Positions 56,421 to 64,000 of a DNA stretch of 64,000 nt are shown in pieces. Each line of letters starts with the position of its first letter. Position 1 is the first letter of the stretch. The position numbers were made by a program, and so were the translations under genes. Source of the DNA: Catajapyx aquilonaris (Eukaryota); assembly GCA_000934665.2 (NCBI GenBank), contig KZ538324.1, positions 1-64,000 on the forward strand, written 5' to 3'. A model generated the notes under the pieces. It had not been told where the DNA came from. It made no database searches and saw only the letters and a list, made by a program, of their open reading frames with translations.

Positions 56421-57846
56421 TTATTTGTTGTTACTGATTAGTTACTCATTCTTTACCATGTAGCCTTTGATTTTGTCATCATGTTGACTGTTAGGATTTA
56501 TCATATGAGCACTTAAAGTGCTTTAAAATGTCTTTTTTTAAATACCACAAAATATGTGAAGCTGCTTAAAAATTACTTGACCCTGGCTAGGTTTCATGTA
56601 TGTTGTGAAAAGGCATTGGCATGTGAACTCAAATGAGGAAGAGCCTAGCAGGATGTTGTAGAGTGCCTTACTATTCAGCCTGGATCGGAAAGGCTTTTCT
56701 AAAACACGCATCACATATCATTCATGTGCCTCATTATTTCAGTTAAACCTTGCCGAGGTGAATTTTGTGATTTGGATTTTTCATTATGCTGGAAATGTAT
56801 CACTGTGCTGTAATAAAAATAAACTGTATGATACCAAGCAGTTGAAAATAACCTAGTTCTAATTTTGCACCTTTTTTTATGGCTCACTTGGGTTTTGGTT
56901 ATTTTACTCTTGAGAGCAAAAAGTTAGGGGATGGCTGACTTCAGGTTTGGTTTTTTTTATTGCAGGAACAGAGGCAACTTCAACTAAAGCCACAAGGTAT
57001 ATTAACTGGTTTTCAGGATGCACAATCTATCATGTAATATTACTTGCGGCTTTTTTCTTTAAATGTGTTTCAATAGTAGCCTACAGTGGATTTCTGAATA
57101 AGAAGGGCCACCACTTATGAATACAGGAAACAACTGAGGTGTATAATAAAGCAATTTTCTTATGGCAATAGTCTCACAATTTCTAGTTTGAAGATAATGC
57201 TGACCCTCAAATGTATTACATTGCACCATAGGCAGGGTGAACTATTTTTAAATTATTGTTGGCAGGATAAGGGGGAGGGGGGAGGGGTGTTGAAGGAGCT
57301 ATAATTTAGAAGGATATGCTTGGAGAGTTGGAGGAGAAAGTGTTGGATTCTGGAGGCTTATGGCAGGACAATGTTTTATGCAACATAAATTAGAAGATTT
57401 GCACCCCCAATGTGCTTCTATGAAATGAACAAGTCACACTTCACACACAAAGAGGCCTAAGGCACAGACATGACAGGCCATACAACCAACATACATTAGA
57501 AGATTGAAAGCACCTCTCACTGCAGCTGTTTTGATTCATTAAAGGTTTTAGGCTCACAAATAAAATTGACGTTATCATAATTAGAATTAATAGCACATTG
57601 CCTACAAAATAGTGTTTCAACTAACACCCTGCTGCCTCCACTCTGGTGCTCCATGGACAGCATTCAGCAAGGACCTTGAGCAAGGACACGAGTGGCATTT
57701 TGCTGCATTTGAACAACTTGCATTGTTCAAAAAGGGGCAGCTATTTTTTGCAATATTTAAAAAAAATTAAACCTCTGTCACACAACAATAATATGAGGGG
57801 TATTGTTGACTTACCAGAGTAGGGGTAAGGGAGGGCTTATGTTCGC

Positions 57847-57980
57847 CTCTGTGGCAATTTTGTCTTGCAATTTAATTAGTTATATAATAATTATATAACT
57901 AATTAACTCTGTGGCAATTTTGTCTTGAAATTTATGCAATTTAATTAGTTATATAATATATAACAAATTAAATTACAAGG
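57847..57980. repeat. 60-bp tandem duplication containing AT-rich palindromes
   Basis: CTCTGTGGCAATTTTGTCTTG at 57847 and 57907. Palindrome TTAATTAGTTATATAAT-A-ATTATATAACTAATTAA at 57872-57906. Confidence 0.8.
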
Positions 57981-60900
57981 CACTCAAAGAAAGGTCAACG
58001 ATGCCATTGTAAGAAGAGTTGCACAAGTACGGTACCGATTCCTGCAGCAATAATAAGGCTGAAGCATACATCTAGCCATTCAATACTGCTAATGTCGATG
58101 GTGGACTAAAATTTAAATTAACTTGAAAAATAAGTAAAATAATCAGGCCGACTTGACCGAGAAGCACATTTGTGCCGAAGGTAGGAAGGGAAGCTAATCA
58201 GTTGGCGTCCCAGTCTCAGTCTTGCTTGGTGCACGTGTGATATTTTCTGAACAGTGTGGTAATAATATTATCAGCATAGTGCTAAACCATGTCAAATGGG
58301 CCTCGAGTCAAAACACCACTCTGTACCCACTACCCAGCTGCATATTTCTTTTGATGTTCAAAGCAATCTACGTAGTAGTACAGAACAGGTGTCTAATAGC
58401 TGCCATGTGCACTAGCTTGTCCATTGTCCCGTTTACCAAAATTAGGACCGGCAACTCTCTGTGGCTTGGTTTTCCCCCTGCTTCCCCCTGAGGCCCTTGC
58501 CCTTGACCCTTAACGACTTATTGAACCGCCCAATTCCGCTCTCTTTGCCATTCGCCGCACTTTGACACGGGAAACCCCTTTCTCTCTGGGGGACAACATG
58601 AAAGGTCAGCAAGATAAGTACCCCCACAGCTGAGAAATGAAACCTGTCGGGCCTTTCTGTCGACCGCGATCCTTTTCGCTCCCGATCGCCAGTCCAGATA
58701 AAACTGTATGTAATGGGACATGAGCATGTTCATATTATTTTCCATTTTCAAATGTGTTCCCCATGAATTCAAGAAGCATGATGAAGAATTACCAAGTTGG
58801 TATTGTATATACTTGTATAACTTCATAACAATCTTACATCTTCATCGAGAAGTAATGATCTGGCCTGTTTTCAATGTAATTAAAATGATATGCATGTCGC
58901 TGTAAAAAATTGCAGCTTAATGAACTGTCATTTCCAGGCCCAGAAGCTATCCTTTGAGTCCAGTGTGAAAATTTAGAAAGGGTCCCGTTTTGTGGGTAGG
59001 CCTAAGAAAAATCAAAATGACCTCGTGATCCCGCGGGAACCTTTGCTTTTCGGGAAGACCCAAACCAAATTATGCCACACCTGGAGGAATGAGTCATGCA
59101 GTTTTTTGAAACCGCACCTGCGGGTGGTCTCCATCAAAAACCTATATGAGCCACATGTTTTGTTTCCAACCAGGTAGTGCACATATTATATACGTATACA
59201 CAGTGAAGGTGATTCACATAAGTCAAAAGCCTTTTTAAAAATAATGCTGTATTTGAGACCTATAGGTTTGAGACTGATCAGTCGGTAAATTCGCCATATA
59301 CAGGTACCATTAGTCAGCTTTTAGTCCGAGGTGGGAAAAACCATTTTAAAGCTTCACTTGATGTGTATAAAAATGATGCATTCAATAAATAATTGGAACC
59401 TAAGTATATTAAAAAATGGAAAATATTCAAATAGGAAATCCTTGTGGATTTATGCCAAGGGCGTTACCGCAAGGCCAACGTTGAGATATAGCATACTGGA
59501 CTCACTGTCAGGCTAAGAATGATTAATGACTCTCATTATCATTCTTAGCTGTTAACTACAATGGTAACAGACTAACAGCATATTCAATCTGTATCATTGG
59601 TGCGCCTTGTTTTCGATGGTAATTGCTCCAACAAGACTGCAGGTGCCTTATCCATTGTCCTTGGAGATGAAAAGTAATGCATGAATGGGCACTATTTTAC
59701 TAGACTCAAATTAGTGACTTTTGTATTGCGCAACGTTGTTCTTGGCGTGACTCTATCAGGTAATCAATAATGTTACATAGCTCTGCAATGCAATATAAAG
59801 AATCAGCATCCTCCTCCTAAATTATTAAAACTGGAATAATTTTTCTTCATATGAAATATCATCTAAATCATCGAAAGTTTTCAATTTGACAAAAAATGAG
59901 TAGCCTACGGATGTGATGTTGCGTAATATGTTGACCATCCCCACAGAGGAATTTCTATATGAACACATCTTTTATTATCAACGTCGTCCTCTCTTTCGTT
60001 AGGCAGTATATCGCCTTCATCGCGAGGATATTGACACCGATGGTGCCACTAGTTTTATTGGGTGCTGTTTCCTTGCAGCTCTTTCAAACAATAAAAAAGA
60101 AACCTCCCAATCCTGTTGAATTGGCTCCGGCTGTTGATCCTGTGCGTCCGTCCACTCCACCCTAACATCCCATGACAATTGGGTGGGTCAAAAACCCGCT
60201 AACCCGAGGGGGACCACGCTCAACCTTGGCCACTTTTATGAGCATCATCAGTCCTTCGGGGCGGAGAAGGTGGCCAAGATATCCGGCCTCCGCTGGCCAC
60301 TGCACAGCCCCCCTGAGGCCATATCCGACCCCAGCAGCCTCGATCTCGAAAGGGCCGCGATGCCTCCTCCTGTTGGTTCCCCTGTGGCTGGGACCCTGCC
60401 ACCTGGTTTTTATTGGGCTAAGCTCCTCTATCCTCCCTGCTTCTCTCTCTCCCGTTCCCGTCTCCCCCATCATCATTAGGACGTCCCTGTCGACTGGACT
60501 AGCCGGGTTGTGTTGTCTTCCTGGAGGCACCGGCACCACCCTCCTCCTTCTCCCTTTCATCTCCTCACTTGACTGCCTGCTGCTGCCGCTGCCACCATCC
60601 AGCCCACAGGACCATCGGACCAGTGACCATTGAGGAGGGCGACTGTCTCATCATCATCTGCTGGAGAAGAAGGACGGAGGAGGTGAGATGATCACATGTC
60701 TGACTGACAGGGCTTAGTGCATGGCCCTAATCCCACAAGTTCTTGTGACATCCACTGGAATTGTAAGGTTTTTGCCCTCAAACCTCCCAAAAGTAGGTTG
60801 ACATGATGGAGATTGGGGTTGTGGGCAGCCAGGAGAATGGGAGATGTCGTTTTTGAAGGAAGGAATATTGGGCAGATTGTCACCTGCACCAGTTGGCTGG

Positions 60901-61126
60901 TTCAAGCTACGTAGTTTCAGGTCAAGGGCACTATGTGGGTAGTAAAATCAGATTTTAAAATATGGGGCAATGGCATCTGTCGAGAGGAGAGAAATAAAGG
61001 ATGCTGGGATGTTGGACACTGAGCCGGAAGCTCTATTTACAGGCCATCTATGTCGAAATTAATGGTTGAGAGACTTTATCCTGGACTACTGTACATGTAA
61101 GACATACTGTATGTACTGTACCGATA

Positions 61127-61762
61127 CAGTAAAACCTTGATATAATGCTCCTGTATAAAACACTATCCAGCTTTTAATGCCCTTTATTTCTGGGCCATTG
61201 GCCAGCACCAATGGTAAATTTCCCTGCTTCTTGTAATGCTTTCCTGCATATACCGGTACCTCTCGATTTCCCTGGTTCCCAGAGAAACTTTATTCCTCAC
61301 ATAATGTCAATTTCTGTCACTTTCCTCCCCATAATTGCGATTATGGGGAGGAAAGTAATGGAAATTGAAAAAAAATCTAATTCAGCTACAGATTTTTAAA
61401 ACATTTTGTGGATTTTTCCCTTGTTCTACATTTATTTTGTGTTATAAGAAAAACCAAGTGTCAATACGTGACGTTCACAGTTTAAAATGTAGGTGTTTGT
61501 AGATGTTTTAAAAAGGCAAAGCAATTACAATCTCCGCTTCCTTGGAACCTAGGATGACCGTTCCTTTTTTGTTTTACTTTGTACAATGAAAAACCTCTGG
61601 ATGGAGGTGGTTCTAAACTTTCAGGAAAGACTGTACATGGTGCATAGCAACAGTGAAGGAATTCATTTCCTGAGAAAAGGGTGAATATAAGCGTAACGCA
61701 ATCCCCCTTATAACGCGACTTTTGGGCGCTCACTTGAAGAGTGTTATATCGAAGTTTTACTG
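61127..61762. mobile_element. Tigger-like MITE
   Basis: TA TSD. TIRs CAGTAAAACCTTGATATAATGC / GTGTTATATCGAAGTTTTACTG. Internal hairpin at 61307-61368. Confidence 0.7.
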
Positions 61763-61868
61763 TATTGCATTTGAATATATGTTCTCGGTTCAGGTAAGGA
61801 AATGTATTTAGTTGAAATTTGATAATGCAGCTGATTTTAACATACAATCTCCTTTTGGCAGAGCAATA

Positions 61869-64000
61869 ATGGGTGACACCTGCATGGAAAACCGCAACCT
61901 GGACCAAAGTGTGGGGTTTGCTTGCATGCTTTGTGGGGATGCCAAGGACTCCCTCATCCTCCCCTGCCTCCATGCCTACTGTGCCCGGTGCCTCAAGCGA
62001 AATGACAGCAATGGCAACAGCAGCAGCAGTGGCAGCAGCAGCAGTGGGGACGAGGAGGCTTCCCTCCTCCAGTGTCCCTCTTGCCATGACGCCCATCAAG
62101 CTTCCGCCTTCACAGAAGCAGACATCCACTGCCTGCCTTCCATAGTCAACAACATACTGGACGTCGTTGGTTTTACTGATGGCAATGGGGACATTGCTGA
62201 GAAAGACAAGAAAGGTGGGATGTTCAATTTATGACGTGTAACATATTTTGAAGTATGGTCAGGCCAATAAGGATGCTTGTCATAAGCACAGTTTTCTAGA
62301 TGCTCTTGTCAGTCATACAATTATGTAGAAAGTCAATGCAGTTGCACAGAATGACAGTTTTTAAATGTCTCCTACACTGCTGTAGTAATGCTGCTGATTG
62401 TGACATCATGAATGGTGCCCTGAATAATTATTACTGTCGAGGCAGATTCTACTTCTGCACACGGGAGTGGTTGAAAGGTGTGCTAGTTGTCTCCTTCTGA
62501 GCTTCCAAGGTAATAATGCTGTAGGTGGTTTGTTTTGTTTGTTTTAGCAGTTTGGTAGCCATATGGGGTCAAAATAGACTCTGATATGGGTATTTTTAAT
62601 GGTTACTTGGACTTGTTTTAGGGCCATTTTCTCGAACAGTGGTTCAAATGTAAACCCGGTTCAAAGCCGGTTTAAACCCTTGACAACAGCCTAACAGCAA
62701 TCAAATCAGGGATTAAACTGGCTTTGAACCCGGTTTACATTTGAACCACTGTTCGAGAAAACGGCCCTTACACCTGGAGTACTTTTTCACTGCCAATCAA
62801 TTTTGACATGACAGTCAATAACAATGTTACGTGGACTGGGTTTACTGACTTGAGTCTCCATTTACTTGCGGCAAGAGCTAATAACTCTTGCTTGCAGCCA
62901 TGTGGTGAACCCCAGAGTGGATGATCCTCCCAATGGAACTCAAGTTACAAAAATTAACTTCTAGTCGGGGAATTTCATCTGGGAATTTCAAAAGGGGATC
63001 TAAATTGAGAAAGTAGCACACCTTTTTTCAATTAGGCCATTCTCGATCATTTGCATACAGAAGCGATGGCCACAACTTACAAGTTAGTTGAAATTGGTTT
63101 AAGTGGCATTTGTTGTCCACATGGTTTTAAAATTGCAGCATTGCATTGCAGAAGAATTTCTGAGTGATTTTTTTGGCACCACCCCAAATGTGTAAAGTAA
63201 GAAATATGATGCATCTCAATGATGTTGATTTTTATGAGTGTTCAATAGAAGTTATCTTACTCTGAACAAAAATCACTGGAGTATTTAAACTCTGTGTAAA
63301 GTGTGTGCCTATTTTTTCCAGATCTCCCCTCTGATGTCACCCCACATTCTCTTCCATTGCGATCTGCCCCTGGTACACATCCATGCTCCATCCACCCGAA
63401 TGAAGTCCTGCTCCTGTATTGCGACACGTGCTGTACTCCCATATGTCGCCAATGCAGCTCCAAGGAGGCCCATTCCTCCCACTCCCTCACATACCTGCAG
63501 GAAGCTGCTGAGAGAACCCGTGCCTCTTCTGAGACCATTGTTACCCAGGCCACTGCTGGTATGCGCATTGTGGAAGAGAGAGTCGCTGATCTCAACCGTC
63601 TTCGGCAGCGAGTTGATCTCCATGCTGCTGCAGCGGCTACGGAGGTACGGGCTACCATCCAACGGTATGCCCAAGCGGTGCAATCCCGTGAAAATGAGCT
63701 ACTGGATGAGATTGAACGTGTTCGCTTTGAGAAGCATGCAGCATTGCAACAGCAGGCCACTCGACTTCAGGGAGCAATGCAACGATTACTAACCATCTTA
63801 GAGCAAGCAAGGGGTAGTGACGTCATTGACTTGCTCCAGGCAGATGGTGAGCTGCGTCGGCTGAAAGCCGACTGTAAGGATGAATTCTGTCCAGCTGATG
63901 ATGATGCCATAGCTTTTGTGACACCAGACGAGAGTGTGTACAAGTCATTGTACATGCTTGGCACCGTCTTTTACACATCAAAGCCACGCCGTAGAGCGTA
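61869..64000 (+). CDS. Tripartite-motif (RING/B-box/coiled-coil) E3 ligase, 3' end outside the window
   Basis: Exon 61869-62214 encodes a C3HC4 RING (CMLC..LPCLHAYCARC..CPSC). Exon from 63322 encodes a B-box (CSIHPNEVLLLYCDTCCTPICRQC..H..H) and a coiled coil, and is open to the window end. The second exon is absent from the ORF track. Confidence 0.88.
62621..62767. mobile_element. PIF/Harbinger-type MITE in a TRIM intron
   Basis: TTA TSD. ~60-bp TIRs GGGCCATTTTCTCGAACAGTGGTTCAAATGTAAAC... Confidence 0.85.

Overview
Eukaryotic, intron-rich, gene-dense genomic DNA, most likely from an arthropod (inferred from protein style, 54-80 nt minimal introns and tRNA-derived SINEs; the species cannot be determined). 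No prokaryotic systems or CRISPR arrays were seen. I reconstructed nine protein-coding genes by hand from GT-AG sites and reading-frame phases: a TEPP/SPMIP8-like gene (+), heat shock factor HSF (-), BOP1 (+), PIGU (-), BBS4 (+), an SLC38A7-like transporter (-), an ABHD4/5-like hydrolase (-), MCM4 (+), and a RING/B-box/coiled-coil TRIM gene (+) that runs off the window end. Most are arranged as head-to-head or tail-to-tail pairs. Introns and intergenic DNA hold many non-autonomous elements: piggyBac-, pogo/Tigger-, mariner- and PIF/Harbinger-type MITEs, tRNA-derived SINEs and several foldback palindromes. The most notable observations are: the sperm microtubule-inner-protein (TEPP) homolog hidden in a read-through ORF; an unclassified hairpin element family with asymmetric ends and a 10-bp TSD; a frame-coupled micro-exon/cassette-exon pair and a second splice route in HSF; an SRC variant of the MCM arginine-finger SRF motif; and a possible SLC38A7 isoform lacking its lysosomal sorting signal. 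Homology calls rest on recalled family motifs, not on database searches.
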